A stretch of 62,776 nt of DNA, filler included, from Sphacelaria rigidula (lineage: Eukaryota): NCBI GenBank assembly GCA_964200075.2. It is 10 parts of 10 records of this genome, joined end to end, with 100 filler letters (N's around TTAATTAATTAA, not from the genome) between each part and the next. Parts side by side here need not be neighbours in the genome. Positions count along the whole stretch, not along the records: positions 1 to 6,188 come from CAXNAA020021638.1; positions 6,289 to 12,476 come from CAXNAA020021639.1; 8 more parts are not named here. The stretch is one strand, 5' to 3'. Made by a program: the position numbers and the translations under genes. The stretch's first letter is position 1, and each line of letters starts with the position of its first letter. This document shows positions 1 through 10,752 of this stretch, piece by piece. The notes beneath the pieces are model-generated. The model did not search any database. It was not told where the DNA came from and saw only the letters and a list, made by a program, of their open reading frames with translations.

Positions 1-61
1 AAGACAGATATGCCACTTCAGCCCCATATTTTGTATGAACCCCAAAGTATAAAATCGGCTG

Positions 62-113
62 TCATTTGTTGCTTGCCTTGGTCGTTTGACCATTGACCAC
101 GCATCCCTTTCGA
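62..113 (-). repeat. Copy of the dispersed ~65-bp module CTCCGTCTCGAAAGGGATGCGTGGTCAATGGTCAAA..ATGAGTAC-polyC
   Basis: Reverse complement matches 12378-12441, 18690-18764 and 32338-32411. Confidence 0.85.
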
Positions 114-267
114 GCTCCAGCGGGGGGGGAGGGGGGAGTTTATCTGGACCGCTTTCTTCCACGAAACTCCACTTCAATCACCATGACATCGAGATCCGCT
201 TCCTCGGGTTCCGACCGGGACGGAACAGATTCATGTTCCTGGCTGAGTCATGGTCCTCTGACGAAAT

Positions 268-782
268 TGTCAGGGATGCCCTACAGCGGTGGATTCCGTG
301 ACATTCCCTCGCTGCAGCCTGTACTTTCGAATCCCGTTGTTAGATCCGAGGGCAGGGGATTGCCCCCGGATGAGTCCCTGTCCCTGAACATACGTGTCCA
401 GGATGACCATACAGCTGTTCAATTGCTTCAACCGTGACACCCCCTTCAATGACGGTGAACATATATCTTAACACGTCATGTTACGGATCGCGGCGTAGGG
501 GTGGTAGGGCAATACGATGATGGGTCCGTCGACCTGACGGATGAATGACTCGGAGGGCTGACTGGGGGAACTGGCAAGTGCCGCAGTCAGGGGTGAGGAT
601 GTTTGGATCCCTTGGTGACGGATACATGAACATGCCTCCTTATATCCGGCTTCGATTCAGCTCTTCGCGTACGAGTCCCAGCTGGTACACCCTGGTGATC
701 ACTTGAAAAAGTGCTGGTGAACGACACTAATGGAAAAGAGAAATTTCATCGCCTCTAAACCTGTGACCAAGACACCCTGACA
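268..782. mobile_element. Possible solo LTR
   Basis: Bounded by 8-bp inverted termini TGTCAGGG...CCCTGACA (TG...CA rule); no target-site duplication found. Confidence 0.25.
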
Positions 783-1714
783 TTTAGGATGAGCTATTCT
801 GCGTTGAACTGATCATCCCTTGTGCTGGATACCGCTTGCTCTCACCATTCTGCGTTTTGCTGTCCGATAGCGGTGAGCCAGTACATACAGTCAGTGCATA
901 CATGAATAAATATGACGCGTGCTTGCTTGAAGACGCCAAACGTTTTAGGTTATGCCCCATCGTGTGATGTTTCCGCCACCACAGCACTTGTGCAGTGATC
1001 ATGGCTAACCAATGCAGTTGAGACAACAGTAAAAACGAAGTAGTGTACGGACAAGTCTGGGGCCTTCTCCCCCAACTGTCCGTAACATGGCGCTTTTAAC
1101 CGGGACTATAGTGTTGATTGTATTATTCGTGGTGCATGGATCACTCCTCCTCACGATTTTGCTTAATGCGGGTGCTAACGAAACATCAGTTGACGTGATG
1201 CTTCAGTCCTCATATGTTCAATAATATATAAAAGGATCGAAGTGCAAGTTCGTGGTTCGCTTCAATGTGACAACCGTGATTGTAAGGTCTGGGAGTGTGT
1301 AGCAGCGCACAAAATAGTCAGCAATAATAGATGTGACACCCTCACTGTCGATATACTTCGAGCACGCGCTGATTCAAGCAGCACCGACTGCTTGATCAAG
1401 TAGAAGACAGCTCGTACAACACCACATGTTGAGATGGAAGAAATCAAACAGAGGTATGACGCAAATATATATATATATATATATATATATTGTCACGTTG
1501 AATACCATCGGTATAAATGAGGGGAAAACACATACACTGATCAAGGAAGGGCGAGAGGTGCGGACGTACACCTTCATCAGCTCCTCCGTAAGCTATGAAA
1601 AATGTCCCTCATTTCTTCCGATCGAGAACGCTCAGCACACCGAAGACAACTCTACGGTTGTTCTTTCTCACTTTGAGAAGTACAACGAGAACAACATCGT
1701 TTCCAGAACTAGTG

Positions 1715-1973
1715 CGTGACACTTTCTACGATAGCCTCCCCCCCCAGAACCAGCCCAAAAGTGTCCTTCAAAAAATGGCCATACAGCGCCTGATGTTTGT
1801 ATTTAGGCTGCATAAAGCGCTTCATATTGGCGACATTAGCTAGAGCGAACCCAAGCGTGGGAATTCCCAGCTGCTCGTTGTGCTCGGCTTTTCCCAAATC
1901 GACTTACGTGGAGATTTTGCCCCCCAAAAACATGCACTTTTAGGGGGGGGGGGCTATAGTAGAAAGTGTCGCG
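1715..1973 (+). mobile_element. MITE family B (~260 bp; TIR CGYGACACTTTCTACGATAGCC)
   Basis: ~22-bp imperfect TIRs with TG/TA flanks; full-length homologs at 9884-10137 and 12836-13113. Confidence 0.8.
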
Positions 1974-2342
1974 TATCGTCGGGTTATCCGCCGCTCATTT
2001 CTTCCAACAATCTCGGGACATTATACTGTATCTTACGCTCTTGCATCTCACGCTGTTTCCCATGAGTCAAATTACCACATGATCAACATCCTCCCTAATT
2101 TTGCACATTGAGAACTTGAACACATAAAAACAAATGCACTCATAGAAATCGGTGAAACGCTTCAAACTTCAAATCCTAAAACAAATGTTCCCTACAAGCA
2201 CAGTCGCGTCCAAGTTAAAACCGAAATATGTAGCCTAGCCTCGACTTGTGGCACGGATTTCACGAGAATATACTTACCCCTATTGGGACACACTGAGTTA
2301 AACCTCGCGGCGGCATCTCAATCAAACGGTTCTTAGCTTGAC

Positions 2343-5300
2343 ATATCACCCGTACAAGGTACAAGACTGATGCCTCAGTCGACAACGTTACCTGAGTTAC
2401 TTTATGTCCATCAAAACATTCCTGAGATACAGGAAACTATCCATAGGTAACGGCTACGTCAGCACATCAGTATGCTGTTGAGCTGTCGGGACATGCTCCC
2501 CTTGAATGATCTGCTCAGACACCAACTCTCTCAACAAGCAATGACGTATATCTATATGTGTACTGTTGTGGGAGCTTCGCGGATTATTCTCGAGCTGAAT
2601 AGCTCCCTGGTTGTCCTCGTATACTGTCACCGGAATGCAAAAATCCTTCCTCTGCGGTTGCATGAATTTCAGTACCGCCTTCACAAAAAAAGCATCCTTC
2701 ACCACATCCCTCATTGCTACAAACTCAGCTTGAGTCGTAGACAACGTTGCATTGTTCTGAGTCCGAGAAAACAATTCAACCACAACCCCACAGAAAAATC
2801 TTGCCCCTCCCGACAATGAACGTCGATCGTCGAATTTTGCACAGTCAGCATCCGCATATACGCTACCAACTCGTCGCCCGAACCCCTGATATACGTAATC
2901 GCTAAATCTACCGTTGCCCTCAGGTATTAAAAATCCTCAATACTTTGTGCCAGTCTTCTGTTGTCGGGTTTTCGTTCTGCCTGGACGCAGCTCTTACGGC
3001 ATCGGCGATGTCCGGGCGAGTGTTGCTGGGGAGCCACACCAGCGATCCTACCGCCTCGCGATACCTCCCCTTAAAGTCTTCTCCCTCATCGACCTTGAAA
3101 GAAGGTGTAACATACGAGTCATCCTACGATAGGGGGGGGGGTATGTGGTTGCACGAAAAAAGAGGCTCGTAGGTGTGTCAGACGACCTGCCACACTTGCG
3201 TTGCGCTTGCATTTGGTTTCGAACTGTGTCAGGCGATATAGATGAGCGTTATTCATCCACAACAAGCTCGTTCGAACAACCGTTGCTGCTTTCAACGACA
3301 ATTTGACTCGGAATTTCGTGCAAGAAGTGGCCCAAAATATCCCCCCCTATCGTAGGATGACTCATACGCGGGGGTCGCTGCCGTCCCAGCGATGGAAAAC
3401 CTGATTAGAATCCGTTGGGTATATGCAGCCTGTGACAACTTCAGAGTACCCTTCTCGAGATTGTGTCTGTATTCGCACCCCGCATACACAACCAGTTCTC
3501 CACGAGTGTTCGTCAGAAAGTGGTAGTTGAGATCAGCAGTCAAATTGTTGCACACAACCTTATCACCCACAGCAAACATGTCATCGACATGCACCACAAT
3601 CAGAACCTCAACCTCCTCCGCGTCCATCAACTTGTTTATGCACGGGTCGACCTCACTCTGGTCGACGTCCAGACTTTTCAGAGTTTTCCCTAGCTTACCA
3701 AACCATTCTCTACCCGCTTGTCGAATCCCGTACAAACGTTTCCACCGCTTTGTTCATTGCATCAATCCACGCTTTCTTGAAATGAGAATTGTTTACATGC
3801 TTTTCCGTCTTTGGTGCTACCTCCCTCTCATCAAGAGTAGCACACGGAATCATCTCCAACTCAGACTCCCCTGTTTTTCTTGGATCGTCGGTGTCGCCCA
3901 GGAATGCCAGTATCCTGTCAGCGCCCCACAAATCTTCCGTCGTTACTCACAACGGACTGTGATCGCCTTCTAGATGTTTTAGATCAGGAACATCTTGATG
4001 CAGTCGCTGTTCTTGGCCTTGTTGCTGTAGCAGTCGTGTCTGTTGCCTCATCTAACCCAGCGTCGACTCAGCCGAATCTAGTTGGTTCGCGGTATATCCG
4101 CCACCGACAGACGATGTCGCCGTTGAATCACAACCAGAAGACCGTGCAGACAATGTAGGCGACGTAGGCGACGCAGGTGGCTGCTCCACTGTGTTCTCGC
4201 GGTCGTCATTGTGTGGTCCCTGCTCAGGTTTCGACCGCTCATCTCCATCTCTTTCACGCTCCTCGGACACCGCATCATCCATGATTTCTCCCCCCCACTC
4301 CGAGGTCCGACTCCCCTGAATCAGAGTCCTAGGCATCGCCCTCCCCGCCCTCCACATTCTGCGAGATTTCCCCACCCCGCCTAGAAAATGGAACCGCTGT
4401 TTGCGAACTTGAGGGGGGTAAACGGCACCAAGTGACATTGCGAGTGGTGATGACATGTCTACCCTTCGTTTGCGTTCTCATGGAGTCACGAGGGTACTTG
4501 TAATCAGATCCTAAGTAAAAACACTCCTGTGCTTTGGGCATACTCTTTGACGTTCTCTTGTGCTTAATATACCCCGCCTTGAAGAAAGTTAAAATCTGAA
4601 TCTGTGGTACTACACCATAATATAGTTCATCTGGAGACTTCTTACCAGGGCCAACCGTGGTAGCAGAGCGATTTAGTGCGTCTGCTGCCCAACGATACGG
4701 TTCAGCCCACATTCTTGCCGGAGCACCGACATCGTACAGTACCTTCGCCTAAATTTGAGCAGCTATAGCGGCTTGCTCAATCATTGCTATTGCACTTTCA
4801 GCCACACCGTTATACTCAGGACTGTCTGCTGGGGTGTACTCCTGTCTAATCCCTCGTGCCCTGCACACGTCGCTGAAAGACCCAGCAAACTCTCCACCGC
4901 CGTCCGACCATATAGTTTCCACCAGCGAGGGGATGCACTTTGCACCTACTTCTGCGAGGTACCGCTCGATTACTCTCGTAGTGTCAAACTTGTGTCTCCC
5001 GAAATACATCCAGATTTTCCACGAAAAATCATTCCGAATGAGAAAAAAATAGCTCATATCCCCGTACTCTCAACTAACTTCGGTCCGAACGCATCCATGA
5101 ACACTTGTTCGAACGTTTTTTCTGCTCTAGGATTGGTTGAGGTCGGAATGGGCTTTCGCAGCCCCTTGGCCATGGAGTACCCCTTGCACTCCTCCGACTT
5201 TCCCACCAAAGACACCCCCTGCTGTTTCGCGGCTTCCCGCAACAAGCCCTCATGCAGATGGCCATGAGATTGACGAAACAGATTGGTGTCCACGTGATCG

Positions 5301-6188
5301 AGGTTAATTTTCATCTTTCGAAGGGCGAGAACAGCATTGGCAGACTCATCGTGGTCAACTTTGCGATCCGTCGAGGTGGTTGATGGTGAAACTCGAGTGA
5401 AAACCATTATATCGTCCCTTCCTACTTAAAAACCACCCCTCTCTCATCAGGCAAAGTAATGACGGTCCCTCTCTTCGTCACACTAATCGGCAAATCATGT
5501 TCCACGGCCACACTCTGCGTCGAAAATAAATTTACGTCCAACTCCGGGACATGTGCCACTCTGTTGGTACCGAAATTGGATTGACCATCGTCACGAACTA
5601 TTCATACCAACTGTTTCCCAAGAAGTGTTATCGGTACTTTATGGCTGTTTGCTACACTCGTAATCACGCATTCTTTCCTTCGATAGAGTCATGTGGCATG
5701 ATGCTCCACTATCCGCTATCCTAACCTCCTTGCCCCCTTCATCTAGAATCGGGCAGCCATCTTATACACTGTCTGCTGCGGACGCGTGTTCACCAGTCTT
5801 TGTCTCCGTTGCGACGTATCCAAAATCTCCGGACTCCTCGACATTGTCCGATATACACATCGCAACAATCTTCTGAAACCCCTTGGAGTGTCCCTTGCCT
5901 TCACTTTCTTCACAGATACGTCCAGGGCATTCCGATTTGAAATGACCGGTCTTCCCGCACTTGAAACACGTTAGATTCTCCCTTCCAGTTTTCTGTGTGC
6001 TTGTTGGAATACTGCCGCCAGTATTTCCAGTCGTACCACCGGTACCCTGAACCTTAATAGTGCTGTGTGCTGTCGATGGTTTTGGCGACCTACTCCCACC
6101 CCCTTTACTCTTACTCTTGAGGGTGGAACCTATAACAACGAATTGTGCGAATTGAGGTTTAACTTTGAGATGAGGTTCAAGCCTAAAA
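2343..6188 (-). mobile_element. Degenerate Ty1/Copia LTR retrotransposon, gag-pol broken by stops and frameshifts
   Basis: Minus-strand motifs in Copia order: CCHC knuckle CFKCGKTGHFKSEC (~5925-5970), protease IADSGASCHMT (~5686-5720), pre-integrase HGHL..C (5054-5407), integrase SDGGGEF/TPADSPEYNGVAE (4749-5057), RT YGIRQAGREW/VHVDDM (3292-3735) and YREAVGSL..TRPDIA (~2990-3065), RNase H LSTTQAEF/EDNQGAI/HIDIRH (2454-2816). A putative 3' LTR begins TGTCAAG at 2343. Confidence 0.95.
3115..3364. mobile_element. MITE family A (250 bp; TA target site, Tc1/mariner-type) inserted in the Copia RT
   Basis: TIRs CGAGTCATCCTACGATAGGGGGGG / CCCCCCCTATCGTAGGATGACTCA; TA at 3113-3114 and 3365-3366; removing it restores the RT reading frame. 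Confidence 0.92.
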
Positions 6189-6288
6189 NNNNNNNNNNNN
6201 NNNNNNNNNNNNNNNNNNNNNNNNNNNNNNNNTTAATTAATTAANNNNNNNNNNNNNNNNNNNNNNNNNNNNNNNNNNNNNNNNNNNN
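6189..6288. other. Artificial contig spacer (44N + TTAATTAATTAA + 44N)
   Basis: Identical 100-nt spacer recurs every ~6288 bp; the palindromic core places stop codons in all six frames. Confidence 0.98.
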
Positions 6289-6605
6289 GGGGGTTTGGAA
6301 GAAACCCACTGTCCCCCCACCGCGCCCCGGGGGGAGTTTGGGGTACTTATCCCGGGGCTCCCCCCCCCCCCCCCCCCTTCCTCCTCCCCCGTATGGTTGT
6401 TTTTTATTGTTTATGGATGTGTACGTGTTACGTACATGCTTGCAGTTCGATATTTCCCCAGATGTGGTTATGATATCAAGTACTTGTTCCGTTTCGTATG
6501 TTGTGGTGTTTTTATTTTTCTCGTGTTCGGCAAAATCGGTAGTCATGGTGCTAGTACTGCTCGGTGATGAGTCGTGAATAATGTTTGTTGTTCGGAGGAC
6601 CATTG

Positions 6606-6775
6606 CACACCCTGGACAATATATGGTCAATGGATTCAATAGACAAGAAGTGTACTGCATATAGTATGTGCCTATTGCAACTATTGCCGGCCGACAATAG
6701 CCGCAATAGGCCTATACTCAATGCGGCACTTTTTTTGTCTGTTGCAACTATTGACCATATATTGTCCAAGGTGTG
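6606..6775. mobile_element. Palindromic 170-bp MITE with 8-bp target-site duplication (hAT-type)
   Basis: Arms start CACACCYTGGACAATATATGGTCAAT and pair imperfectly to the centre at ~6690; flanks GACCATTG (6598-6605) and GACCATAG (6776-6783). Confidence 0.85.
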
Positions 6776-7315
6776 GACCATAGTATTTCGCTTTGTTCCG
6801 TCACCCGCCGCTTTGCAGCTGCTCTAGACAAGTCGTGTTGATTGTGCATCAAGGGTTCAAAGTATGCCGTGGGCTAGCAAATTACGAACGCTACACGAAA
6901 GTAGCAATGGTGGTGTGAGAGTTTCGGTGCGGTAGGGGTACAGCTCTGTCCCTGAGGTATATACTCTTGTAAACTCGGTATTTTGAGCGGTTGGTATCAC
7001 CGGCACTTTGGGGTCTCAGAGCTACAAAAAACGTTGACTAGTCAGGTACCCCCACCCTAAGCACCCTTGAAAGGCATGTACTGTAGCACCCGGCTGCTCG
7101 AGTGCAAGCGAGCTGTGACGTTTGTTTGACGGCAAGCACCTGAAAGATATGTCCAAGGCTGTACCGAAACGGGGCGATTATTCAGCGGTGATGATCCACG
7201 GATGGTACATCGTTCCCTTTACCGTGTAAGGTGTCACGTCGGTGACTGACTCAGCCGTTGGCCACTTTCGTTTTTCGCTGATTTGTGTCGTGTGTGTCGC
7301 GGACGTTTCGCATAG

Positions 7316-10300
7316 TCTTTGAAGGAGAATCAAGCGATGGAGCTGGAGCAGCTGGAGAGTATCGTTCACGCCGCTTTGGAAATGGCTCTCGACTACAAGG
7401 TACGTGTGCCATCTTGTGTCCGTCATGCGGGATGCACCGGGTCTCATCTTGAAGAGATGGGAAAAAAATGCGCCCCGGGAGCGAACCAATTCATGATGGT
7501 CTGGATAGGGTGATGGGGTTTGAATGTCGATCGTAGAGCTATGCCGCGATAGCCCGCCTACAAACTAGCGCCAAAACTCGTACTAGGAAAATTGCCACAT
7601 CGCGCATGATCCCTGGCTTCAGACACCTGAAGCGCTGGCGAGAACTATCTCGAGCGTGGGAGTCCCCAGCTGCTCGGTGTGCTCGCCTTCTGTCATTGTG
7701 AATCACATATACGGGGGTTCGATTCCCGATGCCTTGGATTTTTCTTCGTAATGTATGATTTCCACCGTGGAAAGCGTGAGAACGTGACTAAACAAAGTAG
7801 TCGACTGTGTTCGTGTGATGTGAGTTGACGCGGTGCGGGAGTGCTGACCCAGTCCGCGAGACCAAAATGAAAGGCACGTACCGAGGGAGAGATGGGTTGA
7901 TCCCTTGAGACCACGAACTCATCCCGAGAAAGGGGAGGGGTTCAAAGTGTGGGAAAAAAAAGAAAAAAATGTAGTTGTTGCCTCCTCAAAGCAGCTACTT
8001 TCCTTGTGAGGATTATCGCGGCATCAGTCCTTGATGTTTTTTGTTGTGCTGGTTTCCGTTGCGGAAGGCGTGAGGATGTGAAGTGGTGGTGTCGTGATGT
8101 CGACGTGCTGCGGAAGTACCACTATAATCCAGTGCCGGATGATGAATTTCACGGTAAGTACTGGGGGAGAGATGAATTGATCCCTTCAAAGCATGGTCTC
8201 GCCCCAAGGAGAGGGGTAGGGAGGGTGCTAGAAGCATGGTGACTAGATACATATATATATATATTTTTTTACGCACACTTTGAACCTCTCCCCTTTCGGG
8301 ATGAGTCCGTGGTCTCAAGGGATCAACCCGTCTCTCCCCCGGTACGTGCCTTTCATTTTGGTCTCGCGGACTGGGTCAGCACTCCCGCACCGCGTCAACT
8401 CACGTCAAACAAATCCAGTCAACTACTTTGTTTACTCACGTTCTCATGCTTTCCAGGGTGGAACTCATACATTACGAAGAAAAAACCCAACGCATGGGGA
8501 ATCGAACCCCCGTTCTCTCCACCCTAATGGCGACAGTCGGACCATTACACCACCGGGGCTCTGCGATACAAATTTGCGTACGTGCTGCTCCATCTTCGAC
8601 GAAGTTTCAACCGCCTCTTCCCTCGGGACGAGTCCGTGGTATCGAGAGATCAACCCATATCTCCCCGATACTAGCCTTGCATTTTGTTATCGCGGATTGG
8701 ATCACGACCAACATTCCCGCACCGCTTTGACTCCTGTCGAACTTCCCTTTCCTGCTTGCTCACGGTCCCACGTTCTCGGGCCATTTGTTGCGCGATTGGA
8801 GTTCTTCTCACATTTCAAAAGGTGATCTTGACACGTTCGCACAAGGTTTTTCCAGGAAAGCGTGCTGAATTGTCATTGCTTGCCTCAGAGTGAGTGGGTT
8901 AGGAGTTGCCTGAAGACCTACCTATCTAGAAACACGCGATTTTACAAATTGTGCATCACGTTTTTTTTTCCCATGAAGCTTGAGAACCTTCATGAGCATC
9001 GGAATATTTTGGGAAATGTGCACTCTCAGGCTGTGATCTGTAGCCTCGCTCATCCAACTCAAGTCCACCCGCAGTTTGTGAAATCGCGTGTTGGTTCCGA
9101 ATAGTTTCGATCCCCGTTCATTATATTACGAGAAGGTTGTTCCAATTGTCCAGAATCCCGTGTAAACACGGATTGCGCACGAATTTTCGTGTAGGATACG
9201 CGAGGGCACACATCACGGCCGGAGACTGCATTTACATTATTTTCGAAAATATTTCTATGCTCACAAAGGTTCGAAAGGCTCTGAAATGAAATACACGCGG
9301 AATTTGTAAAAACCCGTCCTTGCGTACTTTCCCGCTTCCCCCGAGGTCCGGTAACCGAAAACCATCGGCAACATCTTTCTTGTACAGCGGAGACTGGGTT
9401 GCAACGCCTTTTCTCGATCCAATCCCCGATGTTGATAATTGTTGGGGAAAAGCTGACGGTGATTTTATCGCAACTGGGCCTCTTTAGAAGCGGACAGGTC
9501 CTCTAAATAGGCCTTAGAGAAGCCGAACCCAGACTCACGCGAGGTAAACAGGTTCGCGCATTTTGGGAGACAGAAGCTCTCGTGCTAAACCTAGAAATCA
9601 CATTTTTGAACTGAAACGAAAATGCTCAGAATTGAAAATGAACTACGACGGAAACCATGTGTTGCAAAAAAGAGACATTCTGCCACATTTATGCAAAAAA
9701 AAAAGCTTCCAGGTTATGCAATAAGTAAAATTGTTGTGTCGGGATTCGAACTCGTGACCTCCGTCAATGGAGCCTTCTCTATCAATTGGACCAACACAGC
9801 GCAGCGGTATCACTCAAGAAGTTTTACACGCAGCCCCAATATGTAGGGGTTTTGAGCCGAAATGTTTACAAGGATATCTTGCACGCAAGACATTTTCCAC
9901 TTACCCATCCCCCAAAATCAGCCCAAAAGTGTCACGAAAATATGGCCATACAGCACCTGATGTTTGGGTTCAGGCCGCATGAAGCGCCTCATATTGGCGA
10001 CATTGGCTAAAACGAACCCAAGCGTGGGAATTCCCAGCTGCTTGTTGCGTTCGGCTTCCCCCATTTCGATTTACGTGCAGATTTTGTCTCCCAAAATCAT
10101 GCATTTTGGGGGGGGGGCTATCGTAGAAAGTGTCGCAATTGAAATAAATGTGTAACCGAAGTAACCCCGTTGTTTGTGTTGTCTTCATGGAGTTATGACA
10201 TTATCTAAGTCTCACTCAAAAATCAAATCGCTTTAACTTTTTTTTTTTCCTTGGTTTGCTTGAGACTGTTCCGCGTGTTGATGATGCAAATCTCGTGTCG

Positions 10301-10752
10301 AAATTTCAACGCCTCACTCCTTGAACTCAGCTGCGCATCACCTGTCAATCGCCAATGGAGACTCTCGATTGGTCTCTCTCGTTCGTGCTCGTGCGAACGC
10401 TCAATCACACCCTCTCAACTCGCGTAATATGGCGTTTTCAATGTGAGCAAAGCTGCCGCATCGGGTGTCTGTCGACGATCCACCTGAGGGGTGCGGCGAC
10501 GAAGGGGTTCAAGTGGGGGCGCCACTGTATACGCCGCACCACTCACAGTCATTAGGGAAATCCTCCGCGGTTTGCTGTGTGCAACGCTCTATGTTTTCTA
10601 GACAGACCTCGTCGACAGAGGAGTGGTAGGTATTTTTTCTTCCATCGTCGTACTGTATCAGCCCTTTTATTTGGACTCGCGGTTGAAAAATGCCTAAGAT
10701 TCCCGCACACCACACATGCAAACATCGCTCCTGTCGCAGGGCTGAGGGGTAA
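7316..10752 (+). CDS. Probable 3' exons of an unknown gene: 7316-7399 (SLKENQAMELEQLESIVHAALEMALDYK), 10453-10512, ~10602/10606-10625, 10740-stop
   Basis: Open exons flanked by AG/GT; the first has a strong GTACGT donor and is 28 codons; the downstream exons are tentative. Confidence 0.4.
7535..7690 (+). mobile_element. Diverged partial copy of MITE family B
   Basis: Shares CGATAGCCC, AAGCGCT and GCGTGGGA.T.CCCAGCTGCTCG.TGTGCTCG with 1715-1973. Confidence 0.6.
7711..7969 (+). mobile_element. tRNA-derived SINE family 1, 5'-truncated
   Basis: Starts at the B box GGTTCGATTCC; body matches the reverse complement of 8252-8564; ends in an A-rich tail. Confidence 0.88.
8045..8240 (+). mobile_element. 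Old diverged SINE family 1 remnant
   Basis: Contains GGGGAGAGATG..TTGATCCCTT and purine-rich tail motifs of family 1. Confidence 0.55.
8252..8564 (-). mobile_element. tRNA-derived SINE family 1, full length
   Basis: Minus strand: A box TGGTGTAATGG, B box GGTTCGATTCC, body, then A/(TA)n tail; target-site duplication GATACA at 8246-8251 and 8565-8570. Confidence 0.9.
8603..8785 (-). mobile_element. Diverged SINE family 1 subfamily fragment (core plus tail)
   Basis: Minus strand reads GCGGTGCGGGAATG..CCGCGATAACAAAATGCAAGGC..GGGTTGATC..ACCACGGACTCGTCCCGAG. Confidence 0.7.
9732..9800 (-). pseudogene. tRNA-like Pol III cassette inside a larger dispersed repeat
   Basis: 6/7 acceptor-stem pairs (GCTGTGT/ACACAAC) and B box GAGTTCGAATCCC; homologous to 38650-38716 including both flanks; D arm and anticodon arm are non-canonical. 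Confidence 0.6.
9884..10137 (+). mobile_element. MITE family B copy
   Basis: Colinear with 1715-1973; right TIR GGCTATCGTAGAAAGTGTCGC. Confidence 0.85.

Noticed and set aside
6233..6244. Regularly spaced TTAATTAATTAA palindromes as a CRISPR-like or regulatory array
   Set aside because: Always embedded in 44-N pads at fixed contig intervals; an artificial linker
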